Below, piece by piece: positions 1 through 10,298 of a DNA stretch of 64,000 nucleotides. A program made the translations under genes and the position numbers. The stretch is taken from the IMG/VR virus record IMGVR_UViG_3300010429_002123, one strand, 5' to 3'. The stretch is from a virus. Taxonomy: Duplodnaviria; Caudoviricetes. The notes below the pieces were generated by a model. The model was given only the letters and a program-made list of their open reading frames with translations, was not told where the DNA came from and did not search any database. Each line of letters starts with the position of its first letter. Position 1 is the stretch's first letter.

Positions 1-2
1 CC

Positions 3-1535
3 GCAGGGGTTGACACTGCGAGAACCAGTTTCACTTCAGGTACAGGTGTTTTTGTAGATGCAAGCGGGGCTTACGGTGCAGGTGGCTCTTCTCTTCCGGC
101 AAATGGAGTAACTGTAACCGAGCTTGGTGTACCCGGATATGTGCAGATAAAAGAAAGTGCAACAAAAGACCCCATAACAGATGGAAATGGTAACCAGGTG
201 TATGGGGTTCTGTTCTATAATACAACAGACAGCAAATTTTATGTAAAGTATTTCAGTGACGTTGCTGACGTGCAGACCGCTTACAGTTTTGGTACGGCTA
301 AAAACATAGACCTTGCATTTGCTGAAATTTTCAATCTTATAAATATGCCAGCCGAAGGTTTTGTAAAAAGCGGACTCGGTAATGTTGACGTTGGAACCAG
401 TAACATTACAGGGGTTACTGCGGGAAACGGTTTAACCGGCGGGGGAACTTCCGGTGTAGTAACCTTAGACGTGTCTGCCGGTGATGGTATAGATGTTGCC
501 ACTGACAGCGTAAGTGTAGATGTGTCCGATATTATAGACACCACAAAGGGTCTCACAGAAGATACAAATAATATTCAGGTAAACATAACACCCACAATGG
601 GTCTGGACTTTAACGGTACTACTGGTGCCCTTGAAGTAGATGTCACTGACCTCTATGACGCTCAGAAAGGTTTGACTGAATCTGCCAATCAGTTACAGGT
701 AAAACTCACTGTTGACAAAGGTCTTGACTTCACAGCCACTACCTATGGTCTTGAAGTTGATACCTCAGACATCATAGACACAAATTACGGTCTGACTGAA
801 GATACAAATAAGATAAGAATTAATCTTGAATCTGCTGGTGGTTTAGAATTTCACTCAACTAATCACACCCTCCAGGTAAAAGCCGATGGTATTAAAGATA
901 GCATGATAGACTTCGGTACTGGTGCAGGCCAGATAAATGCTGATGATATTCCTGCAGGTTCTACTTACGAAATACCAACAAGCACAGACCTGACAAATTA
1001 CGATAACCATCTTGCAAGCACAAGTAACCCCCATTCAGTAACCTATTCGCAGGTTGGGGCAATTCAGAATGCAAATGATACCGTAAAAGATACCCACATA
1101 GACTGGGGCACAGGAACAGACCAGGTAGGTGCCGTTGACGTTCCCATAGCTGATGCTGGTGGACTTATAACAGGAACAAACGTTGAAAGTGCTCTCCAGG
1201 AACTCGCTGGAGACTCTTCTCCGACAGCTTTCAAGTTCACTATGCTTACCCTTAATGCTTCAGACATAACAAACGGCTTTAAAGCTCTCGGGGCAAAAGC
1301 AAGAGGTGCTGTCGGCGTGAAAAGTTATGTCCAGGTTCATCCTGTAGGTGGTCCTATACAGGAACATCTGACTGATTTTGTGGCCATGAACAATGACGCA
1401 AACACAGCACTTGTTATCATATGGACATCTATAAATAGTGACCCGATAACTGGAATAGCTTCTCCGACTTATCCGACAGCGGGGTTGAGAGATGTTCTTA
1501 CCGCAGGAGACAAGCTACTCGTATATTATGAATAA
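3..1535 (+). CDS. Tail fibre / virion structural protein, 5'-truncated by window edge
   Basis: The frame is open from position 3, upstream of the tracked GTG at 141. Gly/Thr/Asp-rich repeats (VTAGNGLTGGGTSG; DVSDIIDT..GLTEDTN) and IDFGTG motifs are typical of phage fibre proteins. Confidence 0.7.
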   Translation, partial: AGVDTARTSFTSGTGVFVDASGAYGAGGSSLPANGVTVTELGVPGYVQIKESATKDPITDGNGNQVYGVLFYNTTDSKFYVKYFSDVADVQTAYSFGTAKNIDLAFAEIFNLINMPAEGFVKSGLGNVDVGTSNITGVTAGNGLTGGGTSGVVTLDVSAGDGIDVATDSVSVDVSDIIDTTKGLTEDTNNIQVNITPTMGLDFNGTTGALEVDVTDLYDAQKGLTESANQLQVKLTVDKGLDFTATTYGLEVDTSDIIDTNYGLTEDTNKIRINLESAGGLEFHSTNHTLQVKADGIKDSMIDFGTGAGQINADDIPAGSTYEIPTSTDLTNYDNHLASTSNPHSVTYSQVGAIQNANDTVKDTHIDWGTGTDQVGAVDVPIADAGGLITGTNVESALQELAGDSSPTAFKFTMLTLNASDITNGFKALGAKARGAVGVKSYVQVHPVGGPIQEHLTDFVAMNNDANTALVIIWTSINSDPITGIASPTYPTAGLRDVLTAGDKLLVYYE

Positions 1536-1542
1536 GTAAACC

Positions 1543-1566
1543 TGGGAGGGGAATGTTCCCCTCCCA
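1543..1566 (+). terminator. Stem-loop after gene (putative terminator/processing site)
   Basis: TGGGAGGGGAA-TG-TTCCCCTCCCA perfect inverted repeat; no clear U-tract. Confidence 0.45.
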
Positions 1567-1580
1567 AACAGGTTAATGAG

Positions 1581-1739
1581 ATGATGGCCAATAGAAAAAA
1601 GGGAAAGAGGAGAATTTTTCCAATAGAGTTTCTAATAATAAGCAAACTTAGCGGAAAAACTCTCGCGATAGCAACCATAGAAGAGTTAAAAAACCTGGAC
1701 TTAGACAAAATCAATATGGTTGTAAAAAGAAAAAAGTAA
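1581..1739 (+). CDS. Small basic hypothetical protein (52 aa, below track threshold)
   Basis: Read by eye: MMANRKKGKRRIFPIEFL...VVKRKK*; fills the intergenic gap; weak RBS. Confidence 0.3.
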   Translation: MMANRKKGKRRIFPIEFLIISKLSGKTLAIATIEELKNLDLDKINMVVKRKK

Positions 1740-1816
1740 GAGGTAAAAAGTAAGAAGTAAAAAGAAACAAAAAGGAATTCCTTAGTTTCAGAAACAATGC
1801 TGGCTAGGAGGACGAA

Positions 1817-2305
1817 ATGGCAAAAGTAAACAGTAAATACATAGATTTTGGTCTCGGAACATATCAAGTAAAAGCGGGGAATCTCCCGACAGACACAACA
1901 GAGTTCGGAAGTAACCTCTCTTCTTCAGATGACACCGTACAAAAAGCATTAATGACACTCAGTAATCTCGTTCTGAGTATGTCCTGGGAGATGGTTACTG
2001 CCTCCCCCTGTGCCCTGCTCCCCAACAAAGGATTTATAGCCAATTACGGTTCACAGTTAGAATTCTCTTTACCGGTAACCTCAGCGATGGGAAAGGAAAT
2101 AAAGATTGCAGGACATGGTTCTGGGGGTTGGAAAATAACTCAAAACTCGGGACAAAAAATAATTTTCGGAAACGCACAGACCACTGTTGGGGTAACGGGA
2201 TTTCTTTCTTCTACGCACCAAAATGATTGTGTAGAGATGGTATGTGTAGAAGCAAATAACATATGGAAAGTAGTTTCCTCTGTGGGAAGTATAAATATAA
2301 ATTAA
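1817..2305 (+). CDS. Tail fibre-associated protein (C-terminal domain shared with 2321 and 3839)
   Basis: AGGAGG RBS. N-terminal IDFGLG motif as in the upstream fibre; C-terminal LP..G..GGWKI..FG..ST..D.VE..W.V.S.VG.I.I domain. Confidence 0.6.
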   Translation: MAKVNSKYIDFGLGTYQVKAGNLPTDTTEFGSNLSSSDDTVQKALMTLSNLVLSMSWEMVTASPCALLPNKGFIANYGSQLEFSLPVTSAMGKEIKIAGHGSGGWKITQNSGQKIIFGNAQTTVGVTGFLSSTHQNDCVEMVCVEANNIWKVVSSVGSININ

Positions 2306-2320
2306 GGAGATGGTTAAAAA

Positions 2321-3775
2321 ATGGCTAAAAATTCAGCCGTAAATCTAGACATTACAAATAATGCTGACGGTTTTGACATCAGTGGTGGTACAGCTATTAG
2401 AAAGTTTGCAATCACGGGGGCTGCCTGGACATTCAGTTCTTCATCATTCACACAGGGTTCTTACACCCACACACTGCCGGGTGCTTCAGATACCCTTGTT
2501 AATCTGGGTTCCTCACAGGTTCTTACAAACAAAACACTTACTTCCCCTGTGATTAATGTCACAAGTGATGCTACTGGTGACATGTATTACAGAAATGCCG
2601 GGGGATTATTCACACGTCTTGCTTTAGGGTCAAATGGACAAATACTCTCTTCAAATGGAACTATTCCCGCATGGATTGCTGCCCCCACAGTGCATACACA
2701 GAACACTGATACAGGAACAACAGCAACCAGTTTCAATGTAGACAGTGGAGGAACTGGTTTTAAATTAAAGAACAATGCTGGAGTCCTCGAGTTAAGAAAC
2801 CTTGCTGACAGTGCATACGCTGATTTGATAGTAAAAGACCTTACAGTTCAGGGAACTACTACGACAATCAATTCTACAACCCTGACAGTTGATGATAAAA
2901 CTATAGAAATAGGTTCTGTAGATACTCCGACTGACACAACAGCAGACGGTGGGGGTGTAGTTCTTAAAGGTACAACAGACAAGACTATACTCTGGGATAA
3001 CTCAAATGATAACTGGACATTTAATCAGTCTGTTAATATTGCTACTGGTTTAAGTTACAAGATTAATAATGTATCAGTATTAAATGCAACCACACTCGGA
3101 AGTTCTGTAGTCAGTTCTTCATTGACTTCAATAGGAACTCTTGCTGCAGGTCTTAACATAGCAACAGGTCAGACATATAAGATTAATTCAGTAGATGTTC
3201 TTTCAGCAACTACTCTTGGTGCGAACGTAGTCAACTCTTCATTAACATCGGTTGGAACAATAGCAACAGGCACATGGAATGCTACTGACATAGCATTAAG
3301 TGCTGGCGGAACAAATGCTTCCCTTACTGCAGTAAATGGTGGAGTTGTTTATTCTACAGCTTCCGCAATGGCAATAAGTGCTGCAGGAACTTCAGGTCAG
3401 TTCTTACAGTCTGCAGGGGCTGCAAGTCCTCAGTGGGCTTCCATAACACAGGCTGAAGTATGGTCGGAAGCTACTGGAGCTACAACTGCTACAGTAAATA
3501 GTGGTTATATTTGCAATAATGCTTCAACAAGGGTTGTTGTTACTCTTCCCTCAACTGCTGCTTTAGGTTCTAAAGTTAGAGTGTGCGGTAAGGGTGCTGC
3601 AGGTTGGCAGGTAACTGCTCCAGCGTCAACCACAATACAGTTTGGTTCTTCTGTAACTGCCACTGCTGGTAATGTTCAGTCAACAAATACTTTTGACACT
3701 CTGGAATTAATTTGCACAGTTGCCAACACAGGTTGGACAGTTCTGTCTGCAGTAGGTAATATTACTATCAATTAG
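2321..3775 (+). CDS. Tail fibre protein
   Basis: Ser/Thr/Gly-rich. Contains LTNKTLTSP, DLTVQGTTTTINSTTLTVDDKTIE and SSLTSVGT motifs common in phage fibres, plus the shared C-terminal domain. Confidence 0.75.
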   Translation: MAKNSAVNLDITNNADGFDISGGTAIRKFAITGAAWTFSSSSFTQGSYTHTLPGASDTLVNLGSSQVLTNKTLTSPVINVTSDATGDMYYRNAGGLFTRLALGSNGQILSSNGTIPAWIAAPTVHTQNTDTGTTATSFNVDSGGTGFKLKNNAGVLELRNLADSAYADLIVKDLTVQGTTTTINSTTLTVDDKTIEIGSVDTPTDTTADGGGVVLKGTTDKTILWDNSNDNWTFNQSVNIATGLSYKINNVSVLNATTLGSSVVSSSLTSIGTLAAGLNIATGQTYKINSVDVLSATTLGANVVNSSLTSVGTIATGTWNATDIALSAGGTNASLTAVNGGVVYSTASAMAISAAGTSGQFLQSAGAASPQWASITQAEVWSEATGATTATVNSGYICNNASTRVVVTLPSTAALGSKVRVCGKGAAGWQVTAPASTTIQFGSSVTATAGNVQSTNTFDTLELICTVANTGWTVLSAVGNITIN

Positions 3776-3785
3776 TTTCTAACAA

Positions 3786-3807
3786 AGGGGAGGAATATTC
3801 CTCCCCT
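3786..3807 (+). terminator. Stem-loop after gene
   Basis: AGGGGAGGAATATTCCTCCCCT palindrome, similar to the hairpin at 1543. Confidence 0.45.
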
Positions 3808-3838
3808 GAATAGAATCCTTATTATAAGGAGAATTAAA

Positions 3839-4342
3839 ATGGCAATTCAAAATAGTATAAATAACATAGAAGTTCCTGATACTCTATACACAGCAAAAGG
3901 TGATTTAGTTGTCGGAACAGGCTCTTCTGCTCAAAGTACTTTAAACATAGGAAGCAATGGTCAGGTATTAACTGCTGATTCTGCAGAATCTGTAGGAGTT
4001 AAATGGGCTACTCCCTCTTTAATACAATTTCCCTGGAATGTTACAAGTACTAATGGAGATATGACAACAGGAAATGGGTATATGATAACTAACACTACTA
4101 CAAGAGTTGTATTAGGGCTGCCTTCTTCTCCCTCTATAGGTAATGTCGTAAAAGTCTATGCAAGGTACGCTGCAGGATGGAAAATTAATGCTTATACAGG
4201 ACATTATATTCGTTTTGGAAATCAAGTGTCAACTTCAGGGGGGTACATACAATCTACAGATGTAGGTGATTGTGTAGAGTTATTATATTATAATAATTAC
4301 TGGCACGTTGTGTCAGGAGTAGGAAATATAACAATAGCTTAA
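3839..4342 (+). CDS. Tail fibre adaptor-like protein
   Basis: N-terminal KGD.VVGTG...VLTADS..GVKW module shared with the four downstream kelch proteins; C-terminal domain shared with 1817/2321. Confidence 0.6.
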   Translation: MAIQNSINNIEVPDTLYTAKGDLVVGTGSSAQSTLNIGSNGQVLTADSAESVGVKWATPSLIQFPWNVTSTNGDMTTGNGYMITNTTTRVVLGLPSSPSIGNVVKVYARYAAGWKINAYTGHYIRFGNQVSTSGGYIQSTDVGDCVELLYYNNYWHVVSGVGNITIA

Positions 4343-4366
4343 AATATAGCATAGGAGTTTTGTTCT

Positions 4367-5389
4367 ATGGCTACAAATAGTATAAATAATAATGTAGAAG
4401 TCCCTAAATCTGATATTATACAAAAAGGCGATTTGTTAATAGGGACAGGTTCTGGAACTTATGTAAGAGTTCCTGTTAGAGAAGATGGATTCTTTCTTGT
4501 TTCTGATTCAAATGAAACTGCAGGAGTTAAGTGGCAAGTTAATCCTGAGCAGAGGGGGTATTTTTCTGTAGGTTACTCTACTACATCTATTAATACTGTA
4601 GATAAGTTTGTTCCAGAAGTGGTACAAACTATTTCTGCTACTATTTCTCTTACTCGAAGAAGAGTTGTAGGGGCTTCAATAATCTCTTCTGCATATGTAG
4701 CAGGGGGGTATGATTATAATAATCTAAACACTAATATTATAGATAAAATACATAATGAACTCTGTTCTGTAATAAGTGCGACATTGTCTTATTCCAGGTA
4801 TCAAGTTGCTGCGAGTTCTTTGGCACAGTATGCTTATTTCGCCGGTGGTTATAATGATACGACAAGAACTAATATTATTCAGAGATTAGATGGTTCAGAC
4901 TCTTTGTCTACTATATCGGCCACACTATCAGCTTCTAAATTCGGAGCTTTCGGTGCTACTATATCGAATTCCGCCTATTTTGCAGGAGGGGACACAGGCA
5001 CAAAAACTAACGTTATTGATAGGTTATCTATTTTAGAAGTAAGAACTACGCTTGGTGTTGTGCTGTCCGTCGCAAAAGGACAAGCTACAGGGGCTTCGTT
5101 TTCTAACACAGCTTATTTCGCTGCCGGGCATAATGGAACTTATCTTAATAGTATAGAGAAACTGTCCAACGCAGAAGCTAGAACCACACTCTCTGCAACT
5201 TTGTCAGCTTCAAAGGATACTCTGGCAAGTTGTTCTTTTGATAATAGTATTTATATTGCTGGTGGGAGTGTGTCAGGAACAAATACGAATGTAATTGAAA
5301 GACTGAATCCTTCTGAAACCGTTAATGTTATAACTGCTGTGCTTTCCTCGTCTAAAAACGCTCTTGCAGGAAGTACTGTGAAAGGATAG
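4367..5389 (+). CDS. Kelch-like beta-propeller protein 1 (putative receptor-binding)
   Basis: About 6 repeats of SAYFAGG...N.I.RL...T.SATLS (kelch-like GG) plus the shared N-terminal module. Confidence 0.7.
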   Translation: MATNSINNNVEVPKSDIIQKGDLLIGTGSGTYVRVPVREDGFFLVSDSNETAGVKWQVNPEQRGYFSVGYSTTSINTVDKFVPEVVQTISATISLTRRRVVGASIISSAYVAGGYDYNNLNTNIIDKIHNELCSVISATLSYSRYQVAASSLAQYAYFAGGYNDTTRTNIIQRLDGSDSLSTISATLSASKFGAFGATISNSAYFAGGDTGTKTNVIDRLSILEVRTTLGVVLSVAKGQATGASFSNTAYFAAGHNGTYLNSIEKLSNAEARTTLSATLSASKDTLASCSFDNSIYIAGGSVSGTNTNVIERLNPSETVNVITAVLSSSKNALAGSTVKG

Positions 5390-5398
5390 GAGAGTATT

Positions 5399-6430
5399 AT
5401 GGCAACTAATAATTTCGGAAATAATTGTGGAGTATATAAAACTACATATACAGCTAAAGGCGACTCAATAGTAGCCACTGCAAGTTCTGTATACACTAAA
5501 TTGGCTACGTCTAATAACGGTCAATATCTAACGTGTGACTCTTCAAAGACTGAAGGTATAGTATGGAAACCATCGCCCGCACAAAAGGTATATTATGCTG
5601 GTGGAAGCAGTGTAAGTGATTCTGACAGGAAAAACTCTATAGATAGGATGCTAAATGAGACAGTACAGACTTTGTCTGCTACTCTTTCTAATTCTTGTCA
5701 CAGGTTGTCTGGGGTATCTCTATCTACAAACTCTTATTTTGCTCTGGGTAGTATAGGAACAAAAACAAACATTATTGATAAATTGAATTCTTATGAAGAA
5801 GTTAGTACTCTTTCTGCCACTATATCTGTATCAAGGGATGCTGTTGCAGGAGCAACTATTTTAACTTCAGCGTATTTTGCTGGAGGGGAAGGAGCTTCTT
5901 CTGTTAAAGTAAACACTATAGACAGGCTTACAAGTGGTGAATCTTGTTCTGCAATTTCTGCTACCCTGTCTTCTTCAAGGAGAGCTTTAGCGGGTTCATA
6001 TTTAAATCAATCAGCATATTTTGCTGGGGGTGAGAATACAACCCCTATTAATGTAAATACTATAGATAGATTATCCTCTTCAGAAGTAAGGACTACTTTA
6101 GGTGCTGTTCTATCTACGACGGACAGATTTCTAGCAGGAGCTTCTTTCGGTAATTCAGCTTATTTTGCGGGAGGTATTGTAGCATCTGATATTAATACTA
6201 TTAATAGGCTAACTACTTCTGAAACCTGTGGAGCTATTTCAGCTACATTATCTACTTCGGCACAATCGACAGCAGGAGCGACATGTTCTGATAACCTGTA
6301 TTTTTCAGGCTCTATAGGCAGTAACTGGCAAAACATAGATAAGTTAGTAAGAGCAGAAACTATAAGCACTATATCTGCTTTGCTATCTGTATCAAAACGA
6401 TACCTGACTTCTACAGGTGTTTCGGGATAG
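5399..6430 (+). CDS. Kelch-like beta-propeller protein 2
   Basis: Same repeat architecture; GGAG RBS. Confidence 0.7.
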   Translation: MATNNFGNNCGVYKTTYTAKGDSIVATASSVYTKLATSNNGQYLTCDSSKTEGIVWKPSPAQKVYYAGGSSVSDSDRKNSIDRMLNETVQTLSATLSNSCHRLSGVSLSTNSYFALGSIGTKTNIIDKLNSYEEVSTLSATISVSRDAVAGATILTSAYFAGGEGASSVKVNTIDRLTSGESCSAISATLSSSRRALAGSYLNQSAYFAGGENTTPINVNTIDRLSSSEVRTTLGAVLSTTDRFLAGASFGNSAYFAGGIVASDINTINRLTTSETCGAISATLSTSAQSTAGATCSDNLYFSGSIGSNWQNIDKLVRAETISTISALLSVSKRYLTSTGVSG

Positions 6431-6440
6431 GAAATTAACA

Positions 6441-7457
6441 ATGGCCACGAACAATTTTACGAATAACTCGGAAATGCTAAAAACAGACCTGGTTCAAAAA
6501 GGTGACGTATTCGTAGGGACAGGAAGTGGTAGTTACCAAAGATTGCAGGTAGGTGAAACAGGTAGTGTTCTCGTTACGGATTCATCTACTTCTACGGGAG
6601 TTAAGTGGGAATCTTTATCTAAAATGTATTTTGCAGGTGGGTGGGATAACTCAAGTAGCACTTCTGTAATAAATGAGTTCGTAAACGAGACTATAAGCAC
6701 CCTGAGTACTTCTTTGTCTTCGTCAAGACATCATTTGCAGGGAGCACCGATACAGAACAAATCTTACTTTGCTGGTGGATATACTACCGCTAATGTTAGA
6801 ACTATTGATAGAATTGTTAATAGCGTGGCGGGAGTCATATCGACGTCTCTTTCCGTAAGCAGGGGTTATGGAGGAAGTGCCTATATTTCTGTGTCAGCTT
6901 ACTTTGCTGGTGGTCAGACTGTTTTAACTTTAAACTCCATAGAACGCTTAACAAGCGGAGAAATATCCTCTGCGATAACAGCAACATTGCCTGCTAGAAG
7001 AAGAGAGTTAGCAGGAGTCCATTTATTAGGGACTGCATATTTTGGTGGTGGATATTTTTCTGGTGGAGGTGTCAGAGTAAATAATATAGAAAAACTCTCT
7101 TCTGCAGAGACAAGAACTACTTTGTCTGCCACATTGTCCTCGTCAAGAGATGCCCTTAGTAGTGCTGGAATATCTTCTTCTGCTTATTTTGCTGGAGGTA
7201 GCACTGGTTCTGTAGTGAATACTATAGACAGGTTAAGTAGCTCTGAAGTTCGAACCACGATTTCTGCTACTCTTTCAGCTTCAAAATATGGTTCTGCAGG
7301 AGCTTCTATTTCGGATTCTTCATATTTTGCCGGAGGGTACACAAGCACAAGTATAAATGCTATAGACAAATTGGTATCGGAGAGTCTCTCGACTATAAGT
7401 GCAACTATATCATCTGTAAGAAGGAATTTTGTTGGGGTGAGTATTAATTTGCTATAG
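6441..7457 (+). CDS. Kelch-like beta-propeller protein 3
   Basis: Start moved to ATG 6441 (MATNNF, matching paralogs); SAYFAGG repeats. Confidence 0.7.
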   Translation: MATNNFTNNSEMLKTDLVQKGDVFVGTGSGSYQRLQVGETGSVLVTDSSTSTGVKWESLSKMYFAGGWDNSSSTSVINEFVNETISTLSTSLSSSRHHLQGAPIQNKSYFAGGYTTANVRTIDRIVNSVAGVISTSLSVSRGYGGSAYISVSAYFAGGQTVLTLNSIERLTSGEISSAITATLPARRRELAGVHLLGTAYFGGGYFSGGGVRVNNIEKLSSAETRTTLSATLSSSRDALSSAGISSSAYFAGGSTGSVVNTIDRLSSSEVRTTISATLSASKYGSAGASISDSSYFAGGYTSTSINAIDKLVSESLSTISATISSVRRNFVGVSINLL

Positions 7458-7508
7458 AGATATGCTATAATTATTATGCTCTTTTAGAGAGATTAAGAGG
7501 TTTTAAGA

Positions 7509-8540
7509 ATGGCTACGAACAATTTTACAAATAATTCTGAGGTATTTAAAACAGACCTGATTCAGAAGGGAGATATTTTCGTAGGGACAGGCAATGGAAC
7601 ATATCAAAGACTACCTATTTATGAGGATAATTTTGTAATAGAAGCGGATTCATCTAAATCAACTGGTGTAGTTTGGGCGTTCCCTCCAGGTAATAAGATA
7701 TATTATGTTGGAGGTAAGGTTACAGCACCTGTTAATACTGTGAATGTTCTAAGAAGAGATGAGTCTTGTTTCTCTCTAAGCCAAACTTTGTCTTCTTCCA
7801 GAGATAATATGGGGGCAGCAGTCATAACTAGTTCTGCTTATTTTGCTGGTGGTTTTACGGCTTCTGCTGTTGTATCTACCATAGATAAACTTGATAGTGG
7901 AGTAATGATGGGTGTTTCCGCAGTACTGCCAACAGCTAGGGGTAAGTTGGCTGGTTCTTCCATTAGTGTGTCGGCTTATTTTGCAGGGGGATGTAATTTT
8001 ACTAATAATGTATTCTACAATACTATATCAAGGTTAACTAACGATACTACGTGTGCTAATATAGCAGCCACTTTGTCGGCTTCTAAAGCGTATATAGCTT
8101 CTGCCACTATACTGTATTCTGCTTACTTTGCTGGAGGTCAGTTAAATGGAGGTTCTGCAGTAAGAACAATAGATAAACTTACTAATGCGGAGGCTTATGC
8201 AGCTGTTTCGGCTACATTGTCTATATCTAAATTTGTAGTTGCGGGGGCGGTAATAGGTAATTCTGCTTATTTTGCAGGAGGTTGGACAGGTTCAGCACAC
8301 ACCAACGTTATTGAGCGTTTTACTAGTTCCGAGTCTATATCTAATATATCCGCTACTCTATCTGTCTCGAAAAATGGTCTTGCTGGGTCTTCAGTCATAT
8401 CAAACATATACTTTGCTGGGGGAGATAATGGCGGTTACTCCAACGTAATAGAGAGACTTAAAAGTAATGAATCATGCGGGACTATATCTGCTACTTTATC
8501 ATCCACTAGGTGCTATATGTCTGGGGTAACTTCAAGTTAA
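7509..8540 (+). CDS. Kelch-like beta-propeller protein 4
   Basis: Same architecture as proteins 1-3. Confidence 0.7.
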   Translation: MATNNFTNNSEVFKTDLIQKGDIFVGTGNGTYQRLPIYEDNFVIEADSSKSTGVVWAFPPGNKIYYVGGKVTAPVNTVNVLRRDESCFSLSQTLSSSRDNMGAAVITSSAYFAGGFTASAVVSTIDKLDSGVMMGVSAVLPTARGKLAGSSISVSAYFAGGCNFTNNVFYNTISRLTNDTTCANIAATLSASKAYIASATILYSAYFAGGQLNGGSAVRTIDKLTNAEAYAAVSATLSISKFVVAGAVIGNSAYFAGGWTGSAHTNVIERFTSSESISNISATLSVSKNGLAGSSVISNIYFAGGDNGGYSNVIERLKSNESCGTISATLSSTRCYMSGVTSS

Positions 8541-8569
8541 CTATAAGGAAGGAATGTTATTTTATTTAT

Positions 8570-9976
8570 ATGGATAATAGTAAGAGTATATTTAACAATA
8601 TAGATGAAACTTTGAATAAGTTCAACTATTGTTCGATGGGCAATAGTTATGTAATGGAACAGGGGTCAATAAACTCTGGGATAACTCCCGAGAGGATGTA
8701 TCGAAACTGCCTTATTAACTGGCAGGCAGTTGCTGGTGCATTAAAGGAATATCATTTCAATAATGAACGTAACGACATTAAAATACGTAAACAGGCCGTC
8801 AGGCTTAAACAAATAGATGAGAAGCTCTCTCAGACTACTGACAAGTATGAGAAAGAACTTCTCGAACTTGATAAAGAGTCTATAAATCTTAAACTTATAG
8901 AGTTAGAATCTACAAAGAAACTCACCATGCCTCTTGTCAAAGATGCATGGGAACGTTTACATTTCTTGGAACAGAACATGAAACGTTTGGAGGAACATGG
9001 GCTTAGACCTTTTGAAGAGGCAGAACTTGAGTATCAGAGGAGCAAAGCTCTTCAGGATTTAAGAGCAGAGAGGATAGCAAATCAATTAGGAGTATCTAAG
9101 GGTTCCATAGAATGGGCACATACTTATGGAGCTGATATTTCAGAGTTATTAAGTCCGAATTCTTTAGAAGCATGTATTAAAAACCCTGAGTTTACTCTTA
9201 ACATGCCTCTTAACGACAGACATTTAGCACTCGTAAGAAATGAAGAGTTTGTCGCCAAGAAGAACCTCTTGATAGCAATTCCGAAAAAGAACAATGACGA
9301 CATTCTGGGAACAAATATAACCCCTGAAGTATTCATATATCCACATGGTATGGCGTGGGAAAAGAAGTTCTTGCCCGGATACACCTACGATGAAGCCAGA
9401 AACAGACTGGTAGAGTATGCCAAAGAACTCGGAGTTGACTATCTATTCTTCTTAGATGATGATATTCTCATGCCTCAGTTTGCTCTTCTTGAACTTTATA
9501 ATGCTATGGTCGGGGGAAACCTTGATATTGTAGCCGGTTATTACTATCAAAAGATGAATAAGAGAATGCCTACATGGGGGCATAGACTTGAGGACGGGAA
9601 ACACATAGTTCCTGAAGTGGAATCAGCTACCTCGCTTGTTCCCTGTAACTGGGTGATAGGAACGGGCTGTATGTTAATAAGAATGTCTGTGTTTGATAAA
9701 ATAAAAAAGCCGTATTTCAATATGATATACGACGGGAAAGAAAGAATGACTGTGGGAGAAGACTGCTACTTTATTACTAAGTGCGAGGCTTCTGGTATAA
9801 AATCTTACATTCACCCGAAAGTTAAGTGTGGACATATTTCTTACGACCGTAACAAGATTCACTGGGGAGACCAGGTTACGGAGTTTAGACCGGGAGAATG
9901 TATAAGCGTAAGTAATGAAGACGTTAACAATCAATCGTCTGCCCTTATAAGCAGTAGTAAACATGTTAAAATATAA
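8570..9976 (+). CDS. Coiled-coil + GT-A (family 2-like) glycosyltransferase
   Basis: ARN..V..A...G.DYLFFLDDD (DxD), GTGCMLIRMSVF, GED.YF and GH motifs; start placed at ATG 8570. Confidence 0.75.
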   Translation: MDNSKSIFNNIDETLNKFNYCSMGNSYVMEQGSINSGITPERMYRNCLINWQAVAGALKEYHFNNERNDIKIRKQAVRLKQIDEKLSQTTDKYEKELLELDKESINLKLIELESTKKLTMPLVKDAWERLHFLEQNMKRLEEHGLRPFEEAELEYQRSKALQDLRAERIANQLGVSKGSIEWAHTYGADISELLSPNSLEACIKNPEFTLNMPLNDRHLALVRNEEFVAKKNLLIAIPKKNNDDILGTNITPEVFIYPHGMAWEKKFLPGYTYDEARNRLVEYAKELGVDYLFFLDDDILMPQFALLELYNAMVGGNLDIVAGYYYQKMNKRMPTWGHRLEDGKHIVPEVESATSLVPCNWVIGTGCMLIRMSVFDKIKKPYFNMIYDGKERMTVGEDCYFITKCEASGIKSYIHPKVKCGHISYDRNKIHWGDQVTEFRPGECISVSNEDVNNQSSALISSSKHVKI

Positions 9977-9990
9977 AGGAGGAACAATGA

Positions 9991-10284
9991 ATGGCACTTC
10001 AGAAAGAACTTGAATTTCAGAGAAGTGGATTTATGTGCACTTACTGGAAAATAGGAGAAGTTTCATTAGAAAGTAATTCTGCTAACGGTAAAGTATTATT
10101 AAACGGCTACAAAGACCAGACTTCCAGAGAAGCGGGTAAAAGTCCCGTAGAAACCAGACAGTATAGCTTCGGGGGTTATTATACGCTGACTGAAATGGAC
10201 AAAGCAGAGAATAATGTTTTAAAGATGAGTTACTCTGCTATTAAATCTTACGACCCCGCTTTTACCGATGCCGTTGACGTATAG
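9991..10284 (+). CDS. Small tail-associated phage protein
   Basis: AGGAGG RBS; MAL.K...Y.....F.DA.DV pattern seen in small proteins beside tail fibre genes. Confidence 0.5.
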   Translation: MALQKELEFQRSGFMCTYWKIGEVSLESNSANGKVLLNGYKDQTSREAGKSPVETRQYSFGGYYTLTEMDKAENNVLKMSYSAIKSYDPAFTDAVDV

Positions 10285-10298
10285 ACAAGGAGGGAATT

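Noticed and set aside
4367-8540. Diversity-generating retroelement acting on the propeller paralogs
   Set aside because: No reverse transcriptase and no near-identical TR/VR pair differing at adenines; the paralogs diverge throughout.
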